DNA of 64,000 bases, taken from the IMG/VR virus record IMGVR_UViG_3300023175_000030, positions 935-64,934 of that record; one strand, 5' to 3'. The notes beneath the pieces are model-generated. The model worked only from the letters and a program-made list of their open reading frames with translations. It did no database searches and was not told the origin of the DNA. How positions within the stretch are numbered: the first letter of the stretch is position 1; each line of letters starts with the position of its first letter. The translations under genes and the position numbers were made by a program. Source of the stretch: a virus. Its lineage: Duplodnaviria > Caudoviricetes. Shown here one piece after another: positions 1 to 8,060 of this stretch.

Positions 1-498
1 CAGAAGACTTTCCAATCCAACCCGAAGTCCAACATCTGCGTTCTCAGGTTTATCTTCAACCCAGAAACAATCTGTACCAGCATACTCTAGAAGTGCTTCA
101 TCTTTGTCTGCACCAGTATCCAAATAAACATACCGTTCAAAGACACTATCTCCAAACAATTCCCGAAGGTTTTTAGTCCGTAGATGTTGTGCATACTGGT
201 CGTTACTCAAACTAGTAATTGCATGGAAAATATATCCATGTTCTTCATGAAGTTTTTTCACATATTTGATTGCGTCCCGAAGAGGAGGCAACTTTCGAAT
301 CCAAGCACTTTCATTAAACATTCGACAAAGACGCTTTGCTTCTTTTTTAGTCAAACCGTACTTTAGATTCATCTTATACTCACCTTCACAGACGGCTTCA
401 TAACCGTGGCGAGTCATCCAACAATCAAAGGCGTACTCCCAATCAAGGAGAACACCATCACAGTCAACTAATATTGTTTTTTCTTTCTTTGCTATCAT
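1..498 (-). CDS. HAD-superfamily phosphatase/nucleotidase-like protein (runs off left end of window)
   Basis: Manual translation from ATG at 498: MIAKKEKTILVDCDGVLLDWEYAFDCWM..., HAD motif I DxDGV; lies downstream of a sigma70-type promoter; absent from ORF track because it is truncated. Confidence 0.75.
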   Translation of the reverse strand, partial: MIAKKEKTILVDCDGVLLDWEYAFDCWMTRHGYEAVCEGEYKMNLKYGLTKKEAKRLCRMFNESAWIRKLPPLRDAIKYVKKLHEEHGYIFHAITSLSNDQYAQHLRTKNLRELFGDSVFERYVYLDTGADKDEALLEYAGTDCFWVEDKPENADVGLRVGLESLL

Positions 499-529
499 TC
501 ACACTCTTTCATAACTAACTTACATATAT

Positions 530-558
530 AATATAACCCTTTTCATCACAAATGTCAA
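530..558 (-). promoter_or_regulatory. sigma70-like early promoter TTGACA-N17-TATATT
   Basis: Exact -35, 17-nt spacer, A-rich upstream tract; same architecture recurs about 10 times in the window. Confidence 0.75.
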
Positions 559-587
559 GCCTTTTGATGAAAAAAATTGATTTTTTT

Positions 588-662
588 TGGAGTGAACGAC
601 AGGATTCGAACCTGCATAATACGGATTTGCAATCCGTTGCCTAACCACTCGACCACGTTCAC
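588..662 (-). tRNA. tRNA-Cys (GCA)
   Basis: Acceptor stem GTGAACG/CGTTCAC, anticodon arm ACGGA-TTGCAAA-TCCGT, GGTTCGAATCC T-arm, U73 discriminator, encoded CCA. Confidence 0.93.
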
Positions 663-666
663 GAAA

Positions 667-774
667 CTATGGTTTTTTTTGATCTTTTTCCAAACACTTA
701 CCGCATTTAGTACCTATAAGGTGATACTTACTAGTATCTCCATCCTTAACTGCGTGACAAATGCAGAGATACAT
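667..774 (-). CDS. 35-aa minimal Bfd-like putative [2Fe-2S]/metal-binding peptide
   Basis: Manual translation MYLCICHAVKDGDTSKYHLIGTKCGKCLEKDQKKP; M-Y-x-C-x-C and G-x-x-C-G-x-C match the Bfd ligand pattern; start overlaps the iscU stop (TAATG). Confidence 0.65.
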   Translation of the reverse strand: MYLCICHAVKDGDTSKYHLIGTKCGKCLEKDQKKP

Positions 775-1151
775 TAGTGTTTTTCCTTGTAGTCCTTTAT
801 TGCGGCCTTGATTGCATCTTCTGCAAGAACTGAACAGTGAATTTTTACTGGGGGAAGGGCGAGTTCTTCCGCTATTTCTGTATTACGGATACACTCGGCG
901 TCTTCAAGACTTTTTCCTTTGACCCATTCAGTAAGTAAACTACTACTAGCAATAGCACTACCACAACCATAAGTTTTAAATTTTGCATCTTCGATAACAC
1001 CGTCATCATTTACCTTTATTTGCAATCTCATGACATCACCACAGGCTGGGGCTCCTACCATTCCTGTTCCAATATCATCTTCGTCAGGATCAAATTTACC
1101 TACATTTCTAGGATTTTCGTAGTGGTCAAGAACTTTCTTGGAGTATGCCAT
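774..1151 (-). CDS. iscU: Fe-S cluster scaffold protein IscU
   Basis: MAYSKKVLDHYENPRNVG, GAPACGDVMRLQI, FKTYGCGSAIASSS, LPPVKIHC: three conserved Cys and the HscA-binding LPPVK motif; start moved to ATG 1151 (SD GAGG). Confidence 0.95.
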   Translation of the reverse strand: MAYSKKVLDHYENPRNVGKFDPDEDDIGTGMVGAPACGDVMRLQIKVNDDGVIEDAKFKTYGCGSAIASSSLLTEWVKGKSLEDAECIRNTEIAEELALPPVKIHCSVLAEDAIKAAIKDYKEKH

Positions 1152-1320
1152 AAACCGCCTCTCTAAACGCAGGGTCTTTACCAAACTGAGATGCTGCCTG
1201 AGTTCTTTTCTTAGCCAATACCAAAGGTGAGTTCGGTTTGCGTTTTGCACGATATGAACCATGCGAACTCATCTTTGCAGTTTTCCTTACCTTTCCACTA
1301 GTTTTCATTGTCTTTGCCAT
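1126..1320 (-). CDS. small basic hypothetical protein (64 aa)
   Basis: ORF with GGAG SD, Lys/Arg-rich, packed between neighbouring genes. Confidence 0.6.
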   Translation of the reverse strand: MAKTMKTSGKVRKTAKMSSHGSYRAKRKPNSPLVLAKKRTQAASQFGKDPAFREAVYGILQESS

Positions 1321-1453
1321 TTACAATTCTCCAATATTCCCAAGTATTTTTTGTCACTGAGTCAGTAGTCTTATGAGAGTAATAAAAAGTGATACCACCA
1401 AATACCATTGGACACAAGAATACTGCAAGTAAACCTAACAGACCTACTTCCAT
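1298..1453 (-). CDS. small membrane protein (51 aa)
   Basis: Manual translation MEVGLLGLLAVFLCPMVFGGITFYYSHK...; N-terminal hydrophobic helix; GGAG SD; TAATG coupling to upstream ORF. Confidence 0.6.
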   Translation of the reverse strand: MEVGLLGLLAVFLCPMVFGGITFYYSHKTTDSVTKNTWEYWRIVNGKDNEN

Positions 1454-1623
1454 TATTCTCCGTCCCAATTCAACTCAGTAACTTGTTTTTGTTTAACGAT
1501 TTGGTTCTTGTCGAGAAATAATTTACTATCTCCCTTCAAACATTTGTTGACAATTTTATCAATTCTACCACGCTTCAGAAACTTATCAATCTTTTTGAGT
1601 TTTTTCTTTTTTAAAAATTTCAT
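1453..1623 (-). CDS. small Lys-rich hypothetical protein (56 aa)
   Basis: Manual translation MKFLKKKKLKKIDKFLKRGRIDKIVNKC...NWDGE; stop overlaps the next start. Confidence 0.5.
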   Translation of the reverse strand: MKFLKKKKLKKIDKFLKRGRIDKIVNKCLKGDSKLFLDKNQIVKQKQVTELNWDGE

Positions 1624-1666
1624 ACAGGTTATTTAGTAAACTTATAAGACTACTTTTTAACTAAAC

Positions 1667-1870
1667 TTATTCGTCTTCTTCTACCGTTACACGATAGCGT
1701 TTACCATTCTTATCCCACATCAACAAAGTCTTCTTCGTTGACTGCATCCACCCAGCAGGAGCAAGGTCAAACTTAATAGGGCCGACTTCCTCAATCAACC
1801 CCTCAAAATCTCCATCTCCTGTGAGAGATGTTTTGATACGATTTGCAATGTAATCACAATATGCTAACAT
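1667..1870 (-). CDS. hypothetical protein
   Basis: ORF track; AGGAG SD. Confidence 0.75.
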   Translation of the reverse strand: MLAYCDYIANRIKTSLTGDGDFEGLIEEVGPIKFDLAPAGWMQSTKKTLLMWDKNGKRYRVTVEEDE

Positions 1871-1878
1871 ATTTTCTC

Positions 1879-2115
1879 CTAGTGGAGTACAAACTCCAAT
1901 TGTTCTGCAGTTTCTATCGAAGTGCGTTCTGAATTAATAACATTTGCGATTTCATCAAACGCTTCGTAGAATGCTTCGGAATCCTTAAAGAATTCTGAAC
2001 ATGTCCAATATGCGTCTGCATCGACAAAGTTCCAGTTAATAGAACCATCTTCATTAATATTTTCTTCTCGTTCAATTGCACAACGCATTGACGATTCTAA
2101 CAGCGAATAAATCAT
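1879..2115 (-). CDS. hypothetical acidic protein (INWNFVDAD motif)
   Basis: Start reassigned to ATG 2115 (ATGA overlap with upstream stop). Confidence 0.7.
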   Translation of the reverse strand: MIYSLLESSMRCAIEREENINEDGSINWNFVDADAYWTCSEFFKDSEAFYEAFDEIANVINSERTSIETAEQLEFVLH

Positions 2116-2465
2116 ACTAATCCTTGTTCCTTTGCTGCGTTCATTACGATTGGTGTGAATTTTTCTTCCACAAGTTCTTCGACTTGATCCCAATTACCTT
2201 GGAAATAGTTTCCATAAGCGAACCTTGGAAGGTTCAAGTCACGGGCTTTTACTCCAAGAACTCTGTTAATTTCTGAACCCCGATTGCACAAACCATTATT
2301 GAAAACATCGTAGACAACATTTTGTGCCTTGCGAAACTTTTCAAGGTGTCGATTTTTGCGAGGATTTTCAACAGAACCTTGCAGGGGAATTAGTTCAGTA
2401 AGTTTCACAGCAAGTTCCTTGGTAACTTCTGTACAACCCCATGATGCGTTTTTTGGATTCCACAT
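2112..2465 (-). CDS. hypothetical protein
   Basis: ORF track; AAGGAG SD; YDVFNNGLCNR motif. Confidence 0.75.
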   Translation of the reverse strand: MWNPKNASWGCTEVTKELAVKLTELIPLQGSVENPRKNRHLEKFRKAQNVVYDVFNNGLCNRGSEINRVLGVKARDLNLPRFAYGNYFQGNWDQVEELVEEKFTPIVMNAAKEQGLV

Positions 2466-2476
2466 AAAAACTCTCC

Positions 2477-2827
2477 TTAATCCAACCGACTTCCAGCGTA
2501 GGCAACGAAACCATACTTCTGAAGAACCTCTGCGGCAGCACGAGCACCCGCTTCTAGAGTATCAACATTTTGCGTAGGAAACTTTGAAGGATTCCACACT
2601 GAAAAAACACGTTGCCAATTTTGTTCGATACCAGCGGCTTTCAACGCACGACCAATCTTGGTGTTACCTTTGAGTTTCTGTCCTTGGTATTCGTAAATAT
2701 TTACCCAAGCGAAACCACACATACCCCAACCATTGTTTGGGAAGTATTTGTTTTCAAATTCCGAAGCAGCCTCATAAGCGGCGGTCTGAGCTTCGGTCAT
2801 CATCTGAGAAATTTGAGAAACGTTCAT
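2477..2827 (-). CDS. hypothetical phage protein (CGFAWV...SRLD motif)
   Basis: ORF track; AGGAG SD. Confidence 0.8.
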   Translation of the reverse strand: MNVSQISQMMTEAQTAAYEAASEFENKYFPNNGWGMCGFAWVNIYEYQGQKLKGNTKIGRALKAAGIEQNWQRVFSVWNPSKFPTQNVDTLEAGARAAAEVLQKYGFVAYAGSRLD

Positions 2828-2845
2828 AATATATCTCCTATCGGA

Positions 2846-3199
2846 TTAAAGGTAAAGGGGGCCAGTCCACTGAATGGTGTAACCACCATCAACGATGTTA
2901 CCACGGGCAGCGTTCCGAGCGGGAGCAGCCCAACCAGCAGCTTTCAAGATATCACCCTTGCGGAATTTTTTGTCATTTTCAGTATTGACAATAAATCCCC
3001 AAACACAATTACCAGTGATAACTTTGATGTATTTGTTACCAACTTTATAGTGAAGTTCATCATTGAAATCAGCAATCATTCGTTTGTTGATCTCAGTAAG
3101 TTCACCATCGGTATCAAGTTTCCTACGAGCACAACGACTAGTCCACTCAAAGTAGTCTTTCTTGATGTTTTCTAGAAGGGTTTCCATTTGTTCGTTCAT
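2846..3199 (-). CDS. conserved phage early protein (GDILKAAGWAAPARNAARGN motif)
   Basis: First gene after the promoter at 3233-3261; GAGG SD. Confidence 0.8.
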   Translation of the reverse strand: MNEQMETLLENIKKDYFEWTSRCARRKLDTDGELTEINKRMIADFNDELHYKVGNKYIKVITGNCVWGFIVNTENDKKFRKGDILKAAGWAAPARNAARGNIVDGGYTIQWTGPLYL

Positions 3200-3232
3200 A
3201 ATTTATCCTCTATCAATCAACCTTACATATAT

Positions 3233-3261
3233 AATATAAGGGTTTTGAACCCAAATGTCAA
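3233..3261 (-). promoter_or_regulatory. sigma70-like early promoter TTGACA-N17-TATATT
   Basis: Near-identical context to the promoter at 530-558 (TATATTATATATGTAAG). Confidence 0.8.
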
Positions 3262-3335
3262 GCTTTTTCGAAAAAAACATTTCCTTCAAAATCAATGACT
3301 TACAATTTTTTTTAATTTTTTTTTAATTTTTTTTA

Positions 3336-3980
3336 TCAAATCCAGTCAATATTGACGTTAATTACCGCTCTCAAATGCGAATTTATTGGATTTTGTCCTG
3401 TATGAAGGATAGAACCATCGAAGAAAACGATTCTGTTCTTTTTACTCTCAACTCTGTGTTCTATCTCTAGAGGAGAGTTTTTATCTTTACTTTCATCAGT
3501 AAAAAATATGGTGTGTCCATCATTATCATTAATATAATAGATAAACGAAATATGTTTATCCATAGTGTCTATATGTGGCACATTAAAATAGATAGGTTTA
3601 TTATTTGTCAATTGAGGTTGTAAGTTGCATTTTGCTCTTTGAACAGGAACTCTTTCGACACCAAAATGTGAATCTATTTTGAAAAGAATCTTAGACAAGT
3701 ACTCTTTGTAAAAATTTTGAGAAACAACTTCTCTTTCTTTGACGATATGATGAACCGCTTGGACTCCATCATTTACCAGTGGGTGGTTGTGAAGTCCAAA
3801 CGGATCGCCTTTATCGACTGTGGAAAAATTGTTTTTACGTTTTTGTTCTGCATAACCAAAGTACCAAGGGAATTCATAATCTAGGCAAAGATTTTCCATA
3901 TCGTTTGCAACTCTCTCATCTAAAAAAGAGTCAATTACTAGATATCTTTTCCCTCTGAGAATACTACTCTCATGTGTCAT
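3336..3980 (-). CDS. 2OG-Fe(II) oxygenase family protein
   Basis: HxD (PHID), IYYINDNDG, distal H (SILH) and R (RAVIN) of the double-stranded beta-helix fold. Confidence 0.85.
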   Translation of the reverse strand: MTHESSILRGKRYLVIDSFLDERVANDMENLCLDYEFPWYFGYAEQKRKNNFSTVDKGDPFGLHNHPLVNDGVQAVHHIVKEREVVSQNFYKEYLSKILFKIDSHFGVERVPVQRAKCNLQPQLTNNKPIYFNVPHIDTMDKHISFIYYINDNDGHTIFFTDESKDKNSPLEIEHRVESKKNRIVFFDGSILHTGQNPINSHLRAVINVNIDWI

Positions 3981-3995
3981 TACAAAACTTTCTTT

Positions 3996-4559
3996 TTATC
4001 GAAGACGATAATTAGTATATACTTCGATTGCATCACCTACATTATATCGTGTTCCAGTTTTCTGGCGAATCAGAGTACCATTCACATCTACTGTTACAAA
4101 GTAGTGAGTAATAAAGGTTTCTTGCTGATGTGTGTAGGTAGTAAAACAACGGTTTTGAATCTGAGTTGAAACAACTCCACCAGGCTGATACACATTACCA
4201 TAAGTGTTTGGCATTTGTTGACTTCCTATAAGTCCACCAATAACAGCACCTACATTGCGGTTATGTTTTCTGGCATCACCTCTACCGATCTGATGTCCGA
4301 TAATACCACCAATAATAGCACCACCAAGAACATTACCAGCGTTATTATTTACAATACCACCACCATTATAAATGGTTCCACCATTATAGACAGGAACTTG
4401 ATATTCACTACAAACTTGTTGCGGTACTCTGTTTACATGTGTACCGTAAATCGGGTCGACTTGTACAACTGTACCAATAACACTCTGAGCATTTACTGAC
4501 GGAGCAATAAAGAGTGCAACTAGTGCAACAACTGCAGAGAAGATTTTAAACTTGTTCAT
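3996..4559 (-). CDS. exported glycine-zipper 2TM domain protein (YcfJ-like)
   Basis: Signal peptide (..VNA/QS), LGGAIIGGIIGHQIGRG and VGAVIGGLIG glycine zippers. Confidence 0.8.
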   Translation of the reverse strand: MNKFKIFSAVVALVALFIAPSVNAQSVIGTVVQVDPIYGTHVNRVPQQVCSEYQVPVYNGGTIYNGGGIVNNNAGNVLGGAIIGGIIGHQIGRGDARKHNRNVGAVIGGLIGSQQMPNTYGNVYQPGGVVSTQIQNRCFTTYTHQQETFITHYFVTVDVNGTLIRQKTGTRYNVGDAIEVYTNYRLR

Positions 4560-4592
4560 ATCTTTTTCCTCTAAAAGTTATCATTCGTATAT

Positions 4593-4621
4593 ATGATACG
4601 ACATTATACTATATATGTCAA
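4593..4621 (-). promoter_or_regulatory. sigma70-like promoter TTGACA-N17-TATCAT
   Basis: Consensus -35 and spacing. Confidence 0.7.
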
Positions 4622-4628
4622 GCACTTT

Positions 4629-5042
4629 TTACTCATTTCTTAAAGATTTTTTCTCTAAACTCAACTTATCCTTTAGAGACATTGCATAGGCAGCGACTGC
4701 CAGAACTAAAATTGCAGAAGCTTCTGCAACTAATATCCAAGGGTCTGCCTCCTTACTATGTAATACAATCAGTCTGCACAATGCAGTCATTGCGATAATA
4801 ATAGGTAGGGTGACTGGAATTCTATTACTTACATAAAACGCACCCACCATACCAATAATTTCTGTATAGATAAACAAAAGAAATAAATCTGCAAGTTCAA
4901 TCTTCATGATTTGAATCATCTCAATTACATCAAATGATGCAGCAAGTACAGTTAAGATTCCAATCACTGCCAACATAATCTTCTCTGTGAGAACTGTTGT
5001 CCAGTGTAGTCCCTTGTTTATTTCAAAGTTTAAGATTTTCAT
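4629..5042 (-). CDS. psiE: phosphate-starvation-inducible PsiE family membrane protein
   Basis: Four hydrophobic segments; LFLLFIYTEIIGMV...RIPVTLPIIIAMTALCRLI signature. Confidence 0.85.
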   Translation of the reverse strand: MKILNFEINKGLHWTTVLTEKIMLAVIGILTVLAASFDVIEMIQIMKIELADLFLLFIYTEIIGMVGAFYVSNRIPVTLPIIIAMTALCRLIVLHSKEADPWILVAEASAILVLAVAAYAMSLKDKLSLEKKSLRNE

Positions 5043-5302
5043 TAGAGAAGATACTCATCATTTTCATTTTCCCAAATACTAACAACATTCCTCATACCAA
5101 TGGCCAACCAATCACCACCAGCATAATCAGAAAGTTCTTCATACTCTTCAATTACTTCTTCAATTTGTTCTTTGTTCAATTCACTTGGACACTCAACATC
5201 AAAGTGTTCAGTAACCAAACCGTGGGCCCAATCTGTAACTTCGTTTTCAAGCCAGTCTAACATTTTATGGGCTCTGTGTACCTTAAATTTTTCTTCACTC
5301 AT
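5042..5302 (-). CDS. hypothetical acidic protein
   Basis: ORF track; coupled to both neighbours. Confidence 0.7.
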   Translation of the reverse strand: MSEEKFKVHRAHKMLDWLENEVTDWAHGLVTEHFDVECPSELNKEQIEEVIEEYEELSDYAGGDWLAIGMRNVVSIWENENDEYLL

Positions 5303-5496
5303 TTTTTTCTACTTCCCAATATTTGTTTACATTTATCACTTGCATAGGATACAAAAAATCTTGGTGCGATTGCGTGTATGACTACTGCAATTGATGCCTT
5401 CTGTAGTTGTAAGAAAACCCACATTGCATGTTTAAAATGTTGCAGTGGTGTTTCTCCAACTTTCTCTAAGTGCAATTTACACTTCTTACTAAACAA
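5299..5496 (-). CDS. small membrane-associated protein (DUF6356-like)
   Basis: HLxxVGET..QH...A.......IHAI.P.FF...AS pattern (family recalled, not searched). Confidence 0.65.
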   Translation of the reverse strand: MFSKKCKLHLEKVGETPLQHFKHAMWVFLQLQKASIAVVIHAIAPRFFVSYASDKCKQILGSRKK

Positions 5497-5533
5497 CTTA
5501 ATATTCCTTATATCTATTTTTCATAACTAAACC

Positions 5534-6076
5534 TCAATCCCAAAGTGACTCATAGTATTTACCAAATAATCTAAAACCGTTTGAAATGCGGTTTTGATAC
5601 GCCATAAGTCCTGCTTTGTCAAACTTACTGGGGTTTTCACCACGAACCCATTCATAAAGTTCATAATCTTCCATGTCACCGTTTTCGTCTGGGAACAGAC
5701 GAAGTTGAGCGGGCCCGACTCCTTTGAACTCAAACTCAAATGTTACTTCTTCATAATCAGTAAAGTATCGATCTTCCCAAGAATCATCTACTTTATTTTC
5801 AAAAGCAAATATCATCTCGTTTATTACATAATCCCATCGTGCGAAATGTGTATCATCAGTGCCATGTTCATCTGTCTCTTTAGGTCGCAACTCTTCTGGT
5901 ACATCATCATGATCGACATAAGGTGAGCCGTGTTTTTCTTTTTTAAGTTGTTTCAACATAGGTAAAATGATTAGTGCCAGAGTATGATCCATATTCCAAG
6001 TATCCCACTTGTGGATAGTAATCTGTGTACCTATTTGATTTATTTCATCTGGATGGGGTATGTCAATTTTCATCAT
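5534..6076 (-). CDS. conserved T4-like hypothetical protein
   Basis: DTWNMDHTLA..ILPMLKQLK..KHGSP...RWDYV..EMIFAF...GFRLFGKYY..LWD pattern. Confidence 0.8.
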   Translation of the reverse strand: MMKIDIPHPDEINQIGTQITIHKWDTWNMDHTLALIILPMLKQLKKEKHGSPYVDHDDVPEELRPKETDEHGTDDTHFARWDYVINEMIFAFENKVDDSWEDRYFTDYEEVTFEFEFKGVGPAQLRLFPDENGDMEDYELYEWVRGENPSKFDKAGLMAYQNRISNGFRLFGKYYESLWD

Positions 6077-6089
6077 CTACCTATAAATT

Positions 6090-6174
6090 TGGTGGGTGGG
6101 GATGGATTCGAACCAACTCAACTTTCGTGTCAGATTTACAGTCTGATGCGACTCACCATCTTCGCCGCCCACCC
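6090..6174 (-). tRNA. tRNA-Tyr (GTA)
   Basis: Acceptor GGGTGGG/CCCACCC, anticodon arm TCAGA-CTGTAAA-TCTGA, long variable arm, GGTTCGAATCC, A73-CCA. Confidence 0.9.
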
Positions 6175-6180
6175 ATTGTT

Positions 6181-6268
6181 TGGTAGCCGCAGCCGGACTC
6201 GAACCGGCACGGCCGTTACAGCCTACGGATTTTAAGTCCGTTATGTCTACCAATTCCATCATGCGGCC
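6181..6268 (-). tRNA. tRNA-Leu (TAA)
   Basis: Acceptor GGCCGCA/TGCGGCT, anticodon arm ACGGA-CTTAAAA-TCCGT, long variable arm, GGTTCGAGTCC, CCA. Confidence 0.93.
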
Positions 6269-6274
6269 AAACAA

Positions 6275-6433
6275 TCAAGTACGCATACTTTCTGCGAACT
6301 CAGCTGCTTTATTTTCGTCAATAAAAAACTTTTTAGTGACTACTGGTTTTCCATTTCGTGACCATTTACTATTAAATTCGGTCACTTTTACTTCAAAACC
6401 ATAGATATGGTCGTGATGAACGATTGGGTTCAC
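6275..6433 (-). CDS. small hypothetical protein (GTG start; may be joined to 13-aa ORF 6430-6471 by a 1-nt frameshift)
   Basis: Manual translation VNPIVHHDHIYGFEVKVTEFNSKWSRNGKPVVTKKFFIDENKAAEFAESMRT; fills the gap between rnh and the tRNAs. Confidence 0.5.
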   Translation of the reverse strand: MNPIVHHDHIYGFEVKVTEFNSKWSRNGKPVVTKKFFIDENKAAEFAESMRT

Positions 6434-6467
6434 CTTGAAATGGACTTATAATCTTTTGAATACTTTT

Positions 6468-7361
6468 TCATAGCTCCACCATGTCGTTATAAGTTTGATA
6501 CTCTTTTTCTTTAAAGTTTTCAATTTCTTCCATAAGTAACATCATTCTGTTTTCAACAAAATAGTTGAATACTTTATTCATATTACCTTTTGGGGTTTTA
6601 GTGAACTTGTTAAGAATTTTAGCCTTGAGTTCTTCTGGAACTTTAGACAAATCTACAAGCGCCTCGTTTCTTTTCCAATACTTAATCATGTTTGCATCGC
6701 AAAAATCCTCTGGTTCTCTACTCATATCTAACCAACCACTAAGATTCTTTTTAGTGATAGGTCGTTGGCGGCGGTTTTCTACGAAAACCTCATCTTCTGA
6801 AAGAAAGTTTGGAATACCATCCGACTTGTCTCCACGAATAATATGTTCACGAAGATATTTTGTTGGATCGTTCTCCTTAAGAAACTTCTTGAGAATAGGA
6901 CTATACTGAGAAACATTTGGATATTTCTGCAACTGTTTAAAATCCTTATCACTAGATACGATTAGAATCTTTTCGCATGGAGCATATTTTTCTACAATCA
7001 CCGCAATGATGTCATCCGCCTCTGCACGTTCCTCTTCAATACACTTATAAGGAAAATGTTCACGCAATTCACGTTTGACTTCATGCATTGTGTTGAAGAT
7101 TAACCCCCAATCAACACCAGAATCCTCTCGTTCTTTCTTTCTAGAAAACTTATAAAATGGAAAAATATCCTTTCTCCAATAGTTTTTGTTGTCACAACAA
7201 ATAACTATATTACCATAATCTCCCGAAAACTTTTTCTTTATGTTTAGGATAGAATTCAGAATCATATGGCGTATAAGCCCATCGTCTATATCATCAGTAT
7301 TTTTTCCAACTTGTGTCATTAGATTGGAAATAATAACCTGACTTAAATCTATTAAAATCAT
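6468..7361 (-). CDS. rnh: T4-like RNase H (5'-3' exonuclease)
   Basis: MILIDLSQ, NYWRK..FP.YK..R, EADDIIA, SSDKDFKQLQKY, GDKSDGIPN motifs. Confidence 0.92.
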   Translation of the reverse strand: MILIDLSQVIISNLMTQVGKNTDDIDDGLIRHMILNSILNIKKKFSGDYGNIVICCDNKNYWRKDIFPFYKFSRKKEREDSGVDWGLIFNTMHEVKRELREHFPYKCIEEERAEADDIIAVIVEKYAPCEKILIVSSDKDFKQLQKYPNVSQYSPILKKFLKENDPTKYLREHIIRGDKSDGIPNFLSEDEVFVENRRQRPITKKNLSGWLDMSREPEDFCDANMIKYWKRNEALVDLSKVPEELKAKILNKFTKTPKGNMNKVFNYFVENRMMLLMEEIENFKEKEYQTYNDMVEL

Positions 7362-7395
7362 AGTTCTATAACCTGTTTTGTTTTAATTACTCTTA

Positions 7396-7424
7396 ATAAT
7401 ACCAGTACACTCGTTCAATGTCAA
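7396..7424 (-). promoter_or_regulatory. sigma70-like promoter TTGACA-N17-TATTAT
   Basis: Consensus elements upstream of rnh. Confidence 0.7.
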
Positions 7425-7981
7425 GCAGTTTTTAAAACAAACCATTCGGGTATTGGTCTTTTACTCCACACCATCTTGAATCTTTCCTGTTTAGTCTGGT
7501 AGAATGCACGATATGATTCTACTACATCTGACATCATACATTCTGGATTAGACTTCATAGCAAGAGGTTGTTGTGTTTTGTAACCAACAGGAATATTTTT
7601 TGGGGGTGATGCAAGAATTTCTCTTAACCGCAAATCTGCACCATGTTTCCTTCCATATCTAAACTCATACTCATCACACAATGCACAAAAGTGTACATAG
7701 TGCCAATTGTAGTTGTTATTAGATTGCATAGTCCACATAGTAGAAGGATGTTTGTGATGTACCGCTTTATACAACACATTCTCCAAATTACTATCTGGAT
7801 GCACCCAATAGTCAATCATTCTTTTACCAGACTTAGATGGGCGTTTTTCTACATAACCATCCAGTATACGATGTGCAGTTGACAACATCTGTGCAGATTC
7901 TGTAGGCATCTTTACAACATGTTTATCGCACTGCTCGATTGCAGAAACTATAGGGTCTCTATTGAGAACAAAAATATTCAT
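7421..7981 (-). CDS. pyrimidine-dimer DNA glycosylase/DenV-like family protein
   Basis: MNIF.L..DP...A...CDKHVVKM..ESAQMLSTAH and YK..H.KHPS..W motifs. Confidence 0.75.
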   Translation of the reverse strand: MNIFVLNRDPIVSAIEQCDKHVVKMPTESAQMLSTAHRILDGYVEKRPSKSGKRMIDYWVHPDSNLENVLYKAVHHKHPSTMWTMQSNNNYNWHYVHFCALCDEYEFRYGRKHGADLRLREILASPPKNIPVGYKTQQPLAMKSNPECMMSDVVESYRAFYQTKQERFKMVWSKRPIPEWFVLKTA

Positions 7982-8009
7982 GTGTCCCTCATTTGTTTTA
8001 ATAACTACT

Positions 8010-8038
8010 AATATATAGTAGCGTCAAACAAATGTCAA
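8010..8038 (-). promoter_or_regulatory. sigma70-like promoter TTGACA-N17-TATATT
   Basis: Consensus elements with upstream A-tract. Confidence 0.65.
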
Positions 8039-8060
8039 TAAGTTTTTTGAAATAAGTGAA

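Noticed and set aside
1152-1262. N-terminal extension of IscU in the ORF track
   Set aside because: IscU homology begins at MAYS (1151), which has its own SD; the extension overlaps another ORF
6077-6274. 65-aa minus-strand ORF
   Set aside because: Coincides with tRNA-Leu and tRNA-Tyr
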